A stretch of DNA of 64,000 nt from Neocallimastix sp. 'constans' (taxonomy: Eukaryota), in contig JBODTK010000137.1 in assembly GCA_050613775.1 (NCBI GenBank), positions 124,001 to 188,000 on the forward strand. The letters are read 5' to 3'. Positions 1 through 14,642 of the stretch are shown in pieces; positions within the stretch are counted from its first letter, which is position 1; each line of letters starts with the position of its first letter. The notes under the pieces were generated by a model. The model ran no database searches and was not told the DNA's origin. It was given only the letters and a program-made list of their open reading frames with translations. The translations under genes were made by a program, and so were the position numbers.

Positions 1-1241
1 ATAACCTAATAATGTTTTCCAGTAGTAAGAATTTTCTTGTCGCTGATATATGGAAAATTCTTTATTTCTTTTTTTCATAATTTTCCTACGTACAGTGGAA
101 AGATTATTTAATTTAGTTACTAAATTCTTCCAATTAGAGAAATAAGTTACATACGGTGCAATGTATGGATCAAAACATTCGTAAATCATAGACATTTGAT
201 CTTTTCTAAGGTCAAGATATCTATTAAAATTTGACATTTCAATTTTATTTGAGTATTTACTATGAAGTTCTTGAAGAAATTCTCTAGTAGGAACAAATAT
301 CATAACACCATTACAAATATTTTCCATAAGTGAATTTGGTGCTGGTGTATATGGTAAATGAACAATAGCTTTGTATTTTGAAAGTACTTTTGGACCTCCA
401 TATTCAAAATCAAGTATTTCATATTTAATACCATACTTTTGGAATGCATCAATAAGTAATTTTTCTTGGAAGTAACGATTAAATACAGCTACTGTTTGAT
501 TAGTGTTTGGATTTGATTCAGTAAGAATTTGAACATAAGAATTTTTAATATTTGGAGAAAAAGGTGATGCTTGTATATTAACATATTTTGTAATATCTAA
601 TCCACGTTCACAAGCGTCATATAGATAAGCTCTATATGGCACAACTACCGTAACTTTTTCTGTACTAAGTGCTTTTCTTAATAAGTTTGTAAAGTTTTTT
701 TTGTCATCTTCTGGTACAAAATCATCAAATCTATTATATATATATATAACATATTATATTATTTTTTTAAAAAAAAAAAAATCAATATATATATTTCTTA
801 ATTTTCTTAATTTTAAATTATAGATTTTTATAGTAATAAAATTTTAAATATATATATATATTATATTTACGGTCTTGTTAAATGTAATATAATTTTAGCT
901 TTACAATTAGCTTTAATAAATGGTCTTGCTTCGTATAATATATCTGAAAATATTAAAAAGTCATAACTATTACACATTTCTTCAACCTTAGCATTACAGT
1001 TTTTGTTTCCATTTTCACATATCTTAATATTTTTCTGTTTAAATATGAAGTATATATATTTTTTTAATATTAAAAAAATATTATTCTTTTATAATTTAAA
1101 TATTTTTTTATTTGCTATTTTTAATAATAAATTCCTTAATACTTGTATTTAAATATCATTATTTATTTTACTATTTATATCACGTGTATTTTTATTTATT
1201 TTATTTTTACTTTCTATTTTATTTTTTTTATTACTACTTTC

Positions 1242-1310
<69 letters not shown>

Positions 1311-1658
1311 GTTTTTCCATTAATTAAATTAATTAAATATATAAATGAAAAATTAAATATTTACATCCATTCTTTCAACTTGTGTTAAAGTAAATTTGAA
1401 ATTACGAGCATATTCTTTTATTTCAGTTTTTGGATTAATTTGAGTAGCAAAATGGAAAACATTTTTTCTTTTTTTCATTTTTGGAGTGAAATTAAGTTCT
1501 CTTTTTGGTCCATACAAATTTAAATTAATATCAGGTTTGAATTTTTCAGGTTCCTTCTTTTTTACTGAAAGCTTTGAAAAAAGCTTACATATAATAAATA
1601 AAGATATAACATATATTATTAATCTTTTAAATTTACTGGTATATACCATACGTGCCAT
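1..1658 (-). CDS. Type II membrane, glycosyltransferase-like protein (3 exons; 3' end runs off the window start)
   Basis: Exon 1 (1658-1365) has an N-terminal TM segment (LIIYVISLFIICKLF). GT-AG introns join it in frame to exon 2 (~1034-871, YDFLIFSDILYEARPF) and exon 3 (~730-1, EYGGPKVLSKYKAIVHLPY...LMENICNGVMIFVPTREFL). The last motif resembles a GT-B C-terminal nucleotide-sugar binding segment; family assignment is inference. Confidence 0.6.
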
Positions 1659-2149
1659 CCTGTATATTCATTTAACAACAAAAATGAAGGAATATGAAAA
1701 AGTATCTATTATAAATTTATTTGATTATTTTAAATATTACTATTATTACTAAATTTTAATTTTAATAATATTTTGTTTTTTATTTTAATTTATTTTATAA
1801 TTATGTTATTTATTATATATATTATTTAATAAATATTACACTATTTTAAAAATGTTTAAATTAAAAAAAAAAAAAAACATTAATTCTTTAATCAATATTT
1901 TTAATTATGAAATTATTAAATAATAGTTTGTGTAAAAGTATACTTTAATTTTTTATTTTCTTTATTTCTTTCTTTTTCTTTTTTTTTTTTTTTTTTTCTA
2001 ATGTTTAAGTACTATTTTATTATTTTTTTTATTATTTTTTTTTATCTTTTTTTTTTTTTTTTTTTTTTAGAAAGTTTAATTTTAAAATTAAAATTAAATT
2101 TAATATCTTTCTATTTTTTTTTCATCTGTTTTATTTAATAATATTATAT

Positions 2150-2290
2150 TTTATTATTTTTTATATTTTATTTTTTATATTTTATTTTTTATATTTTATT
2201 TTTTATATTTTATTTTTTATATTTTATTTTTTATATTTTATTTTTTATATTTTATTTTTTATATTTTATTTTTTATATTTTATTTTATTA
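2150..2290. repeat. AT-only minisatellite, ~13-bp unit (TATTTTATTTTTT/A)
   Basis: About ten near-identical tandem copies are directly visible. Confidence 0.8.
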
Positions 2291-3820
2291 TGATTATTAT
2301 TTTTGAATTTTGAATTGAAGAATTTAAATTTATTTTTTTTCTAAATTTTTTTATAAAATTAATACTAATGCCAAAAACTCAATAAATTTTATTATTACCA
2401 ATGTTTTAATATCTTTTATAGTTTTATTCAAATTATTAACTTTATTTTTTTATTTATAATAATAAATAAAGAAAAAATTTTCACCATTTATGCTTTATTT
2501 AGTCAATAAATTAAAATAAATTAAAAAAAAAAAAAAAAGATTTAAAGAATAATTTTAATATATTAATTATAAATTATTCAATATATAAATTAATTCTATC
2601 AATTTTCTTTTTTATTTGTTTTTTTTTTTTTTTTTTTTTTTTTCCTCCTATATTCAATCTTATTTTTAAAAAAAAAAATTTTTTTTAAATTAATTATATC
2701 TTAATCTTTTATTAAATATATTAAAACTTTGAGACATATATATAAGTATTATTATATAATATATGTATAAATATATATTAATTAAATTAAATAATTTTAA
2801 AATAATATATTAAATAATTAACTTATCAATAGTTTACAATTTGATTAAGATTCAAAAAAGAAATATTTACCTAATATATTATAATATACAGAATTAATCG
2901 TATTAAATTTAGATGAATATAAATTTAATATAATGGTTAATGTTTTACCACAATAATATGAAATATAATTGTTTTATAATGTTATTTATTATATTTTTAT
3001 TACATATATATCTACATGTTTTTTCAAATACAAATTTACTCTCTTTATATTTTATTTTATTATAATATTATTGAGTACATGAATATTATTGGTCACCAAT
3101 TTATATAATTTATATTTTCTTAAATAAATTTTCTTTTTAATTTGTTTCTTTCTGAAATAATGTGTTCTCCTTAGAGGATGATTGAATTAATTTTGATAAT
3201 TACATTTGAGATAATTGGGTGGAGAGTGATTAAGTAAAATTTTGAATATTTATTAAAATTTTTTATTTTTGAAATATTTTCAAATTAATTATATATAAGA
3301 TTCAGAAGATATATTAAATATTGTCAACCCTGCATTAAATAATAAATATTTTATATAAAATTCATAAAAAATGATTTATTGTTATGATTTATTGTTATTT
3401 TTTTTCTCTTATATTATTTTTTATGAAAAAAAAAGTTTAGGGTTTATATAGTTATCAATCTCAAATTTGATATTTAATTCATTATGATTCAAATTATTAT
3501 AATTACTTAGATATTTATAAAATGATTTAAAATTTAATAAATAAAAATTATATTAGAAAAAATTGTTGAAAATGTTAACTTCTTAATATAAGATTGGTTC
3601 TATCTATTTTTATAATTATCTATGTTATTATTATTTATGAAATTAAAAATTGAAAATAATATTTATATAATTAAAAGTAATATCAAAATTATAACGAGCA
3701 TTTAAATTGTTAAATTTTTAAAATATCATTAACATTTGTTATTTGTAAAAATTATTCAAATATCATTAATATTTGTTAATTTATAAAATTCATTAGTAAA
3801 ACATATAATTAATTTAATTC

Positions 3821-3869
<49 letters not shown>

Positions 3870-4241
3870 TTTAATATACAAATATTCAATGTATATGAAA
3901 ATACATTTAATAAATATTTATAAGAAATTAATAATTATGTATATGTTTTTGTTTTTGTTTTTTCAAGTTTTATTTGGTAAAACTCAGTGTCTTTTAATAT
4001 TATTTTTAATGATTTTTATCCTTTAATAAATATATAAATATTGTAGATTTGTTTTTATACTATTAATAATGTTTTAGTATATTATATTAAATAAATAAAG
4101 CAATAAATTAATAAATGAAATAAAATATATTATATATATATATTCTATTTACAGTTATACATATTTATTGATTATAATTATTTTTTATTATTGTTCAAAT
4201 ACATTTTATAGGCAAAAATTAAAATAATTTACTATTAATAG

Positions 4242-4276
<35 letters not shown>

Positions 4277-4512
4277 TTTATTTATGATTAAATAATTTTA
4301 ATATTCCTTTATTATATAAATATTTGATATATATTTTTATTTCTCATATTGATTAGTTTTTTTAGTTTTAAAATATTATATTATTAATGGTAATATTATT
4401 ATTTTAAACATGATTAAATATTTTTGATTATAAATTTATATAATAGCATATAAAAAATTTTTAAATATTCTTTAATTTATCAAAATAGATTTAGTTTTTC
4501 AATTTTAAAATG

Positions 4513-6851
4513 TTAACCTATACAATTCTTACAAATAACATTATTGTCTTTAATTTGAAAGTATTTGTTAATATCATCGTTTTCATCTGTCATCATATTA
4601 GAAATTGGGTTTTTACAATTATTACAGAAAATGTGCTTAGCATGATAAAATTTATCATCTATCTTTATTCTTTTATCTACAATTTTCCCTTTACAAAAGT
4701 CACAATGCGTAGCAATTTGATAATGCTTAGGACAATATGGAAGACCTTCTAATTCATAAAATGAAGTAGTCGAGAATGGTTCACTACAAATCTTTTAATA
4801 TAGAATATTTAAATAATTAAAATAAATGATTTAAATATATATGTATGCATTTATATGAATAAAAATTTGATAAAAATTAAACTATTTCAATATTTTTATC
4901 GTTAATGCTTACACAACATACGAAACATTTTTCATGCCATGGCTTTTCCAAAGCTGTAACATATTCTTCATTAATTGGTTCCTTACATTTTGAGCAATAT
5001 AATCCAAATAATTTTTGGTAATCTTTATTGCAATATACTTTACCATTTTTGTTTTTAAAACTACCGTTTTCTAATGGTTCATGGCATTCACAACAACAAA
5101 AATGATTTGGATGCCAATTTTTACCTATTGCAATTGTATATTCCTAGTTTTAAAATTAAATTTTAATATATTCAGATTATCAATATTAAAAAATGTACAT
5201 ATATATTTAAATATATTTATTAATATTAAAAACTTATTAATTTTAAATTCATTTAATATTTCAATATTTAATATATAATGTTTAATTAATAGTTCTTGAT
5301 ATAAAAATATATATATTTAATCCTATACTTACTCCATTGATATATTCATTACAGAAAGCACATTTAACACCACATTTATTATTGTAACAGTCATTACAGA
5401 ATAAATTGTCATCAATGACATGGAAAGTTACATTACAAAGAGATGTACTACAACTTGAACATATAAAATGTTTTATGTGATAGAATTTTTTGTTAGCATT
5501 AATCATAGAACCTATAATTTTCTCATGACAATATTCACACATAGTTGATTCAAGATCAATAGTATTAAAGTTTTGATTACTTGTGTCAGATTTTTTTGAT
5601 GGTGAAGAGGATGGAGAATGAGATTGTGGTTTATCTTGAATAGGTGCTTCAATTGGAGGTGGATTTGGAGTTGGAGTTGGATTTGGAGTTGGATTTGGAG
5701 CTGATGATTGTCGTTTATCTTGAATAGGTGCTTCAACTGGAGGTGGATATGGAGCTGATGATTGTGGTTTATCTTGAATAGGTGCTTCAACTGGAGGTGG
5801 ATTTGGAGTTGGATTTGGAGCTGATGATTGTGGTTTATCTTGAGCTGATACTTCAAATGAAGCTGAAGTTTGAGCTGAAGATTGTAATTTAGCTTGAATA
5901 GGAGCTGTTGTTGGTATAGGAGAAGATGCTAAATTTTGAGTTGAATGAGATGGAGTAGATGCTATATTTTGAGTTGAATGAGATGGGGTTCTAGTTTGAG
6001 GTGAAAGTGGATTATTAGATCTTGATCTTGGAGCAAGAGGATATGATGAGAGAGATGCGGTACTTCCAGTATTTGAATGTGATAAATTCAAATGTTCATT
6101 AATACTTTTTGATAAACTGTCAATATCATCATTTAGTTTTTCAATTTCATTATCATTCATTAAATTTTCTTTTGATGCTGATTCTCGTTCGTTTTGATTA
6201 ATAAAAATAGTTTTATGTGGATCATAATTATTATTAGTATCTATGAACATATTTATAAAATTTGAATTTATTATTAGAATTTTTTTTTTATAATTAATAT
6301 TTAACAAAATAAACATAATATAAGAAATAAAAAATTAGTTAATTAAGCTAGAATTCAGTAATTTAACCAATATAATAAAAAAAATTAACATTTACTATTT
6401 GTTACACTTGTTGTTGATGGTTTATTATAAATGGTTTTTACATTATGAATTCTTTCATTGACTGAAACACTATTATTGGCAGTGTTTGTTGAATTAAGTT
6501 CTGAACCATTACTAGATGAACTAATATTTCTATTATTTCGTTGACTTTGTGGTCTTAATGGATTATTATTTGGTCTCAAAGGGTTGTATCCTATTTTTTT
6601 CTTTGGTTCAGTTGAAATCGTACGAGAAGCTATAGTTTATTAAAATAATAAGTATATTTACTATTTAAATTTTAAGAAATTATATTAATCGAAAAAAATT
6701 TTTTTTTTTTTTATTTTTATTTTTCAATTATCTGTTGTAATTAATGTGCAAATATAAAAAAAATGTTTTGAATAATTATATAATTTATTGATCATTAGTT
6801 TCATTACTATTATTTTTTTTTTATTATTTAGTATTTACCATTGGTATCCAT
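4513..6851 (-). CDS. Paxillin-like protein: Pro/Ser-rich N-terminus plus four C-terminal LIM domains (multi-exon)
   Basis: ATG at 6851 starts a 13-nt first exon. Exons join in frame through ORFs 6385-6579 and 5282-6316. LIM signatures include CEYC...YHIKHFICSSC...FCNDC, CAFC...WHPNHFVCCEC...YCNKDY, CSKC...WHEKCF and CPKHY...CPHC-like/YHAKHIFCNNC...ICKNC. TAA stop at 4515-4513. Confidence 0.85.
5620..5850 (-). repeat. Coding tandem repeat (QDKPQSSAP[N/Y]P[TPNP]PPVEAPI) in the paxillin-like gene
   Basis: Three to four imperfect copies of TGATTGTGGTTTATCTTGAATAGGTGCTTCAACTGGAGGTGGAT with variable TPNP inserts. Confidence 0.85.
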
Positions 6852-7644
6852 TTTTTTTTTTTTTAACTTTTATTTTTAAAATATCCTTTAATCTATTTAT
6901 ATCAAATTAGTAAAAACTTTCTTTCTTTCTTAATATTAAAAAAAAAAATTAAATTAAATAAAATAAAAGAAATTAAAAATAAAAATAATATAAAAAAAAA
7001 AAATTTAGTAATTTATATTAATTTATATCAACAATTAGAAATGTATAAATTCTAATTTATTTAATATAATATTTGAGAATAATAAATTATTATTGTAGTT
7101 ATTGTAGTATATATTGTATAAAAATAAAATAATAAAATAAAAGAAATAAAAATAATATAATATTAAAAAAAAAAAAAATATTTAAAATTTCATATTAATT
7201 TATTTCAATAATTAAAAATATAAAAATTCTAATTTATTTAATATGAGAATAATAAATTATTATTGTAGCATATAATATCAAATGTTAAAAGTTTTATTAA
7301 AATATTATTTAAGAAACTTTTTTAGCTGTTTATTAATTATTAAAAATAATATTATTAATTATAATTATAATAAAATATCAAATGTTAAAATTTTTGTAAT
7401 TATTATTAAAGAAACTTTTTTAGTTAAGGTCATAATTTTAATACGATCTAAAAATAAACTTTTTATGAATTTTCAAAAAGTCAAAATAAAAATATTATAA
7501 TATAAAATAAAGAAAAAAAAAATTATTTTTTTTTTTTTTTTCTTTTAATTATCTTTTTAAAATTAAAATCATATTATATATAAATTATATATATTATATA
7601 AAATTCTTTTTAAACCTTTTTTTATATTTTATTTTTTTTTCTTT

Positions 7645-7686
<42 letters not shown>

Positions 7687-7854
7687 AGATTTTTATAAAT
7701 CTTAATAATAAAAAATTTATAATTTTTTAATTAGATTTTTAAATGATTTTTAATTATATATAAATTTTAATTTTAATTTTATTATTATTTGATATAATAT
7801 TTTTAATTTATCCAACTCTTTTTAATAATTATAAATCCAAGGATATAAACCAAA

Positions 7855-7894
<40 letters not shown>

Positions 7895-8380
7895 TTACTT
7901 TCAATTTGTAATTAAGAAATAATTAAACTTTCCAATTTAATTATTATTATTATTATTATTATTATTATTTTTTTTTTTTTAGGTTTATTATTTATTTCAA
8001 AAAAAAAAAAAAAATTTACAATTTAAAATACATATTAATATTTTTTTTTTTTTTTTTTTTTAATAAAACAAAACATAATATATATTATTTTTAATATATT
8101 ATAAAAAGAAAAAAATAAAAAATAAAAATAAAAATAGATATATAATGTGGTGGTATATAATTAAAGATGAAAATAAAATAAAATAAAATAAAAAATAAAA
8201 TAAAAAATAAAATAAAAAATAAAATAAAAAATAAAATAAAATAAAATAAAAATAAAAAATAAAAATAAAAATAAAATAAAAAATAAAATAAAATAAAATA
8301 AAAAATAAAATAAAATAAAATAAAAAGATAAAAAAAAAATAAAATTAAAATTAAATAAATATTAATAAAAATACATTTTT

Positions 8381-8414
<34 letters not shown>

Positions 8415-8479
8415 GTATAATATATTTGCTAGATAATTTTATAAATTATACATGATTAATAAAAATAAAAGAAATTGGA

Positions 8480-8515
<36 letters not shown>

Positions 8516-8940
8516 TACTAAATATACATGAAAATAAAACTTTAAAATATAATTTTTTTTTATGATTAATTTACTCTCTCTTTAATTTGATTTTTTTTTT
8601 TTTTTTTATTATTATTGAAAATTTTACCATCTGTTTTTGTTTCAATATAAAAAAAAAAAAAAGTATGATCATATTATAAATATATACATATATAATAAAA
8701 TTATAAAATTAAAAAATAATAATTAGTATTTATTTATAAATTATTAAATAAAAAATAAATAAATAAATAAATATAAAATAAAAATAATAATAATTATTAT
8801 TATTATCTATTAGTTATTATCTATAATTTGTTATCTATTATTTATTATTTATTATTTATTATTTATTATTTTTTTATTTTTTTATTTATTTATTATTATT
8901 TATTTTTTTTTTATTGATTATATCAATTATAATTCATAAC

Positions 8941-11900
8941 TTACTCAAATTGAAAACGTTCTATTTGTTTGATATTATCTTTCATATCTTTTTGAATCTT
9001 TTTACGCATATAGAAAATTGGGCAATCTTTACTGGTACAAATAATATCTTGATGAAGACTACCTTGACATCTTTGACATTGAGTCCAGAGACGGGAATAC
9101 TTTTTTTCGGAGAGATTAAATTGCATAATTTGTCGTTGATAAAGTTCTCCTAATTTAGGTCTACAATGGAAACAGACAGCTTTCTCATCTTTCCTTAAAA
9201 TAGCTTTACAACCCATACAAGTTTCTTGTTTAACTGCAAATTTCATTAAACCTCCAATGGTGGGTGCAGCAACAGATATAACACGAGTATGATTACCAGA
9301 AAGTAAAGATTGAGCTTTATCTCCTAAAATAGGCTCAAAAATTCTCATTAATGGTTTAGAGAGTTGATTATCAAGATAATATTTGGTATCAATTGGTATA
9401 TTATGTTCTAAAACATATAATGGATCTTCTGATTTTTCATAAGCAGCAGCATCTTTTGCGGCTTTAATAATAACATAAGCTACACGATCACCAAGATTTG
9501 GTGCTGAACCAGGATCTCTTTTTCTCATTCGATCAGCTAATTCTTTATGGGCTTGCTTTCCATCATATTCCGTTTTTGATAATGCTTTTGTAATAACCAG
9601 TTGCGATAAATCTATTTTGTTTTGAAGAAGATCAGATATAACTTGCTTTGCATAATCAATGGCAGCTTCAACATTATGATCAATTAACATTTTTCTTAGA
9701 CATGTATCAATAACATTTTGTACCAAACGACAATTATCTCTTCTTACTGTTTCGATACCTTTAGCATCTAACTTATCATACTTTTCAGTTCGGGTCCAGA
9801 AAAGACCTGCATATCTCTTCTTACTAATTAATAAATAGGGGAAATATACCTTTTCAAATTCTAAATTGATAGGTTTAATGAAATGTTGAGTAACAAATTG
9901 AGCTGCTTCTTTTCCCAGTTTCATAGCTTCTTCTAAAGTTTCAACACCAAAACGTACCATAACAGAATCGGTATCACCATAGATAACGGTGGCATCATGA
10001 GGAAATCCATTAGCAATGGAATAATGACTTTCTACCAAATATTTTGTCTTTTCAATCATTTCTCTACCATAGGCTGTTGTGCTTTGTGAAATTGGAATAC
10101 AAGGTAAACGACCAATGGTAGCCCCTGTAAAACCATATACTGAATTGGCACTAATCTTTAAAGCTAATTGTCTACCATTAAGTACACTTTTTTTAAATGG
10201 ATCAGTTTCCTTTTTTAAATCTGCTTTAGCTTTTTTACGAGCATCGATAAGATGTTTTAAAATAGAAGGTAATAATCCCTTTCTATGTTTTTCTTTGACA
10301 AACATATCATTGGATGGAGTAACTATATAATCAATATCCTTTTTCAAACCAAGCCTTTCAATAGTTTGTTTATTCAGTAAAGTCGTGTAACATAAATTAT
10401 GTGCCATCATAATCGATGGATAAAGTGAATTAAAATCAAGAGTGGAAATTGGACAATCATAAAATCCTTTCTTTGGTTCAATAACGGTGGCACCAGTATA
10501 TTGTTCTTCAGCAGCTTCTTGTGGCATAAATGGAATAATAAGATCTTCTTCTATAGCTTTACGATAAAGTTGGGAAATAACTTTAATTTGTTGACCACGT
10601 TGAAGTAACAGATTAAATGGAACACCAGTGACACGCGCCATTTCAATGTAATTAATCAAACACATCAATTTATCTAATAATCTTTGAGGAAGCCAGGCAT
10701 CCTTCAAACAATAAATTGCAAGACGACGTCTTGTTTCAGCATTACCTTTTTGTAAATCTGTAATAATAGAATGATGAACATCTTCTTTCTGTTCACCAAG
10801 GAAATGATTACATACTGAGTTTAAGGTATATGATCTTAATTTATGATCACGTTGCATCATAGGCAATACATCAAAATCAATACGACCATCTAAATTAATA
10901 CTTTTACTTTCTCTTGTACCATAAGCTCTTGAAGAAAACCGACTATCTTTAGCTTCAGTTTTTGAACTCTTTATTCTACCAAGAAATGGAAATTTATTTA
11001 CCTTTAATGTAGCAGCTCTCTCTAATAAATACGGAAAATCAAAATTTAAAATATTATAACCTGTAATTACATCAGGGTCAACTCTTACAAAGAATTCACT
11101 CCAACGTTGTAATAATTCTTCTTCTGTTTTATTAGGAATAACATGAGAACCAATAATTGGAGAACAAGTATTTAATGTGAAAATATTCTTAATAAATGGT
11201 TTTGATTCCCCTTTTTGCATTATCATTATAATAATAATAATAATAATAATAATAATCAGATTTAAATATATATATTTATAAATTTAAAAATAATATATAC
11301 ATTTATTCATATATTAAAAAAAAAAATAATAATAATAATAATAATATATTAAATACTTAATTAAATAATATAATTATTAATTTATTGAATATAATAAATT
11401 ATTAGTAATCATAGTACCTTGTATAGTAACTACATTAGCAATCTGAATAACAGAATCATGTTTTGGTTCGGGGAATACACCAGGTCTACCAGAACATTCA
11501 ATATCAAAACTTAAAATTCTTAAAGGTGCAATATGTGACCATTCATTTTCCGGTTCATGACTAATCAAATCTTTATAATCTATATCAATTTCTAATTGAC
11601 AATTAGAAACACATTTTTCTTTTGGTTTTATAGTATATTTTTTGGGTGGACATTCCAACCAATTAACACCTGTAATTCCTCTATCAATCATAAACCTCAA
11701 ATCATAATTAAGTGTACTATCAAATGTATTAAATGCTCTTTCTCCAAATCCTTTAATGTTAATACCCTGTTCTAATCTTCTTTTAATACCTGATAATTGC
11801 TTTGGTAAAGATGTAGTGATTTTTATGAATGGTGATTTTTGATTACCATGATAATGATATATAGATTCTCTTAATACTATCTCAACTTTTTTAACGTCAT

Positions 11901-12360
11901 TAATAGTTTCATTATTTAATGCTTCCTTAAAATCTGGAAGATTCGCTTCAGTAAAATTTGCTGGTGCTGGAACATATAAGTAATGATGAAAACCATGAAC
12001 ATTACATACAACACTATTGCCTTTTTCCGTACAACCATAAAATCTAATAACTGGTGCAAATTTTCTATTTGAACCATATTCGTGTGTATTTAAATCATCT
12101 TTTTCAATTTCAACAGTATCATCAATTTCTATTTGTTGAAAAATAATTGGATCTTCATCCGGATTAATATCTGGAAGTGGAGGTCTATTCCAAAATGAAA
12201 CTGGATCCACTGTTTTCTCTGATTCCGCTTCCATTTTTTGAAGCTGGAGTTCAAATGAAGAAGGTCCTTCATTTTTAAATTTTTTTAAATCCTGATGATA
12301 ATTTAATTGTTCAACGTGCCCTTTATTATCATTTTCTATTTTTCTTTTAGTAGGTACCAT
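8941..12360 (-). CDS. POL3: DNA polymerase delta catalytic subunit (2 exons; intron 11417-11211)
   Basis: Exonuclease SFDIEC and B-family motifs [30 protein letters not shown] and YGDTDS are present, plus C-terminal CysA/CysB (CMGC...CFHC; CQRC...C..KDC). The GT-AG intron joins VTIQ-G-ESKPF in frame. Confidence 0.98.
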
Positions 12361-13423
12361 TTTATCTTTTATTTATATTTATATTTTAATTATATTATAT
12401 ATATAAATATGTATATATATATATTTTTTTTCTTTTTTGTTAACTCTATTATATAAATTTAATTATATTAAATACTATTTTACATAAAATAAGGGTTTAA
12501 AATTTTAATTTTAAATTAATTATTCCTAAATTTAGAAAATTAAAAAGAAACGAATGAAAAGAAAACATTCAATATATTTAATAAAAACTATAATTTTTGC
12601 TTTTCATTTATTATCTTTATTTCTTTAAATTTTAAATTAAATATGATATTATCAGTTATATTATTAATTTATAAAAAATATATATATATAAAGAAAAAAA
12701 CTTCTTAATATTGAATAATTTCATACAATTACAAATACGTATGACAAAAAATAATGAAAAAAAATTGATTATATATTATTATCATTTATAATAATAATTT
12801 TTGATTAAATTTTTTGTATTTACTTTTTATTATATTTATTTATTTATTAATCTATTTATTTATTTATTTACTTATTTATTTATTCATTCATTCATTTTTA
12901 TATAATGTTTGTAAAACTGAATATTATCAATTTAATTTAGTATAATTAATTCATTTCAAAATAATTTCTTCTATTTTTCAAAAAAAAAAAAATTGATTGG
13001 CTATTTTCAATCTAAGTTTTTTTTTTGTTATTCATATTTTTGTCCTTTTTTAATTATATAATAATTAAATGTATTTTTCAATATTATAACAAATTATTTA
13101 AACTGTTCAATTGTACAATTAAAGTGCTGTATCATTTATATAGAAAATCCAAAAGTAAAATTTAAAAAAACAAAAATTATTATAATTGTCTATTGTATAT
13201 ATAACTTCTAAATTATTTGAAATTATCAAAATTTTAGTGATAAATAAAATTTACAATTTCATTATTAAATAAAAATAAGATTATTATTACTTAAAATATA
13301 TGTATTATTATATATACATAATTTTATAGATATATTTAATTTTTATTTCACAAATTTATAATTTTGTTTATCCTAAAAAAGCCATCATACCAAAGATATA
13401 ATAGGCAATTTTTTTATAACAAA

Positions 13424-14137
13424 ATGGAATTTGATTACGATGATATTGAAGGATATTTAGATAGAAAATGTCCACAATGTGAACGAAAATTAGAAAATTG
13501 TCTTTGTAAGCATATCGAAAAGTTAGATACAAAAATTAAATTTGTATTTTTAATGCATCCAAAAGAATCTAAAAGACAAAGTACTGGAACTGGAAAACTT
13601 GCAAATCTTTCCCTTAAAGATTCAGAAATATTTATAGGAAAAGAATTTTCTAATCATCACGAATTACAGGAACTTTTGAATGACTCTAATTATTTCCCCG
13701 TATTAATGTATCCAGGAAAAAACGTTTGGACTGCCAATAAAGAAGGATTTGATAAAATAATAGGAAATAAAAGATTACTTGTAATCATTGTTGATGCAAC
13801 TTGGAGATTTTCTAAAACTTTAATAAATCATAACCGTTTCTTATTAGATTTACCTCGCGTATCTTTTACTGGAAATTATCAATCAATTTATACATTTAAA
13901 CGTGAACCTAGGCCGGAATGTATCTCAACCATTGAAAGTTGTTATTTCTTCATTAAAGAAATGCAATCAGTAGGGTTAGAAAATGAAAAGTTAAACCCTG
14001 AGCCACTTATGAATGTATTCAAAGCAATGATAAAATTTCAACTTCAAGCAGAAAATGAGCGAATATTAGGAATAAGACCTACTGCTCACACAAATCATAC
14101 ACATCCTGAAGTATTAAGAGTTATTCCCGATTTTTAA
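13424..14137 (+). CDS. DTW-domain tRNA-uridine aminocarboxypropyltransferase (TapT/DTWD2 family), intronless
   Basis: N-terminal CxxC..CLC Zn motif, LMHPKE....TGTG, YP, DATW (DxTW motif) and ISTIES (STxE motif). Likely start is ATG 13424 (MEFDY). Confidence 0.9.
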   Translation: MEFDYDDIEGYLDRKCPQCERKLENCLCKHIEKLDTKIKFVFLMHPKESKRQSTGTGKLANLSLKDSEIFIGKEFSNHHELQELLNDSNYFPVLMYPGKNVWTANKEGFDKIIGNKRLLVIIVDATWRFSKTLINHNRFLLDLPRVSFTGNYQSIYTFKREPRPECISTIESCYFFIKEMQSVGLENEKLNPEPLMNVFKAMIKFQLQAENERILGIRPTAHTNHTHPEVLRVIPDF

Positions 14138-14484
14138 TTAATTATATATATATATAATAAATAAAAATATGAATATTCTAAAATAAGACAAGGGGACGAA
14201 TAATCAAGAAAAAAAAAGTTAATACAATTTTTACTTATACCTGTTAATTATAAATATTAATTATACCCATATAAAACCATCTATTGATAAGCTATTATTA
14301 GTATCATCAAAAATTAATTAAATGTTTTTGTATTAGTAATTTAAAATTTAGGCGCTAATTTAATTTTATTTGTAATATCTATTTATTTAATAATTTTTAT
14401 TATTTTTTCTTTTTTTTTTTATTTCAAAAATTTTTATTAAAAATTTAAAATGATAAATAAATATTTTATTATCTTAAAGATATA

Positions 14485-14642
14485 TTTAAAATTATCTAAA
14501 TATATTTTATAAAATTATATTTTAAATAAGAAAAAATAATAATGAAATAAAAAATTAAAAATTTAAAATTTTCTAAATATATTTTATAAAATTATATTTT
14601 AAATAAGAAAAAATAATAATGAAATAAAAAATTAAAAATTTT
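14485..14642. repeat. Two-copy 77-bp tandem duplication
   Basis: TTTAAAATTWTCTAAATATATTTTATAAAATT...AAAAATT is repeated with a 77-bp period. Confidence 0.8.

Noticed and set aside
1112..1388. Poly-Ile/Leu ORFs here and similar ones at 18530, 23183 and 28173-28407
   Set aside because: Translations of (ATT)n, (TTATTTA)n and homopolymer tracts in introns or intergenic DNA.
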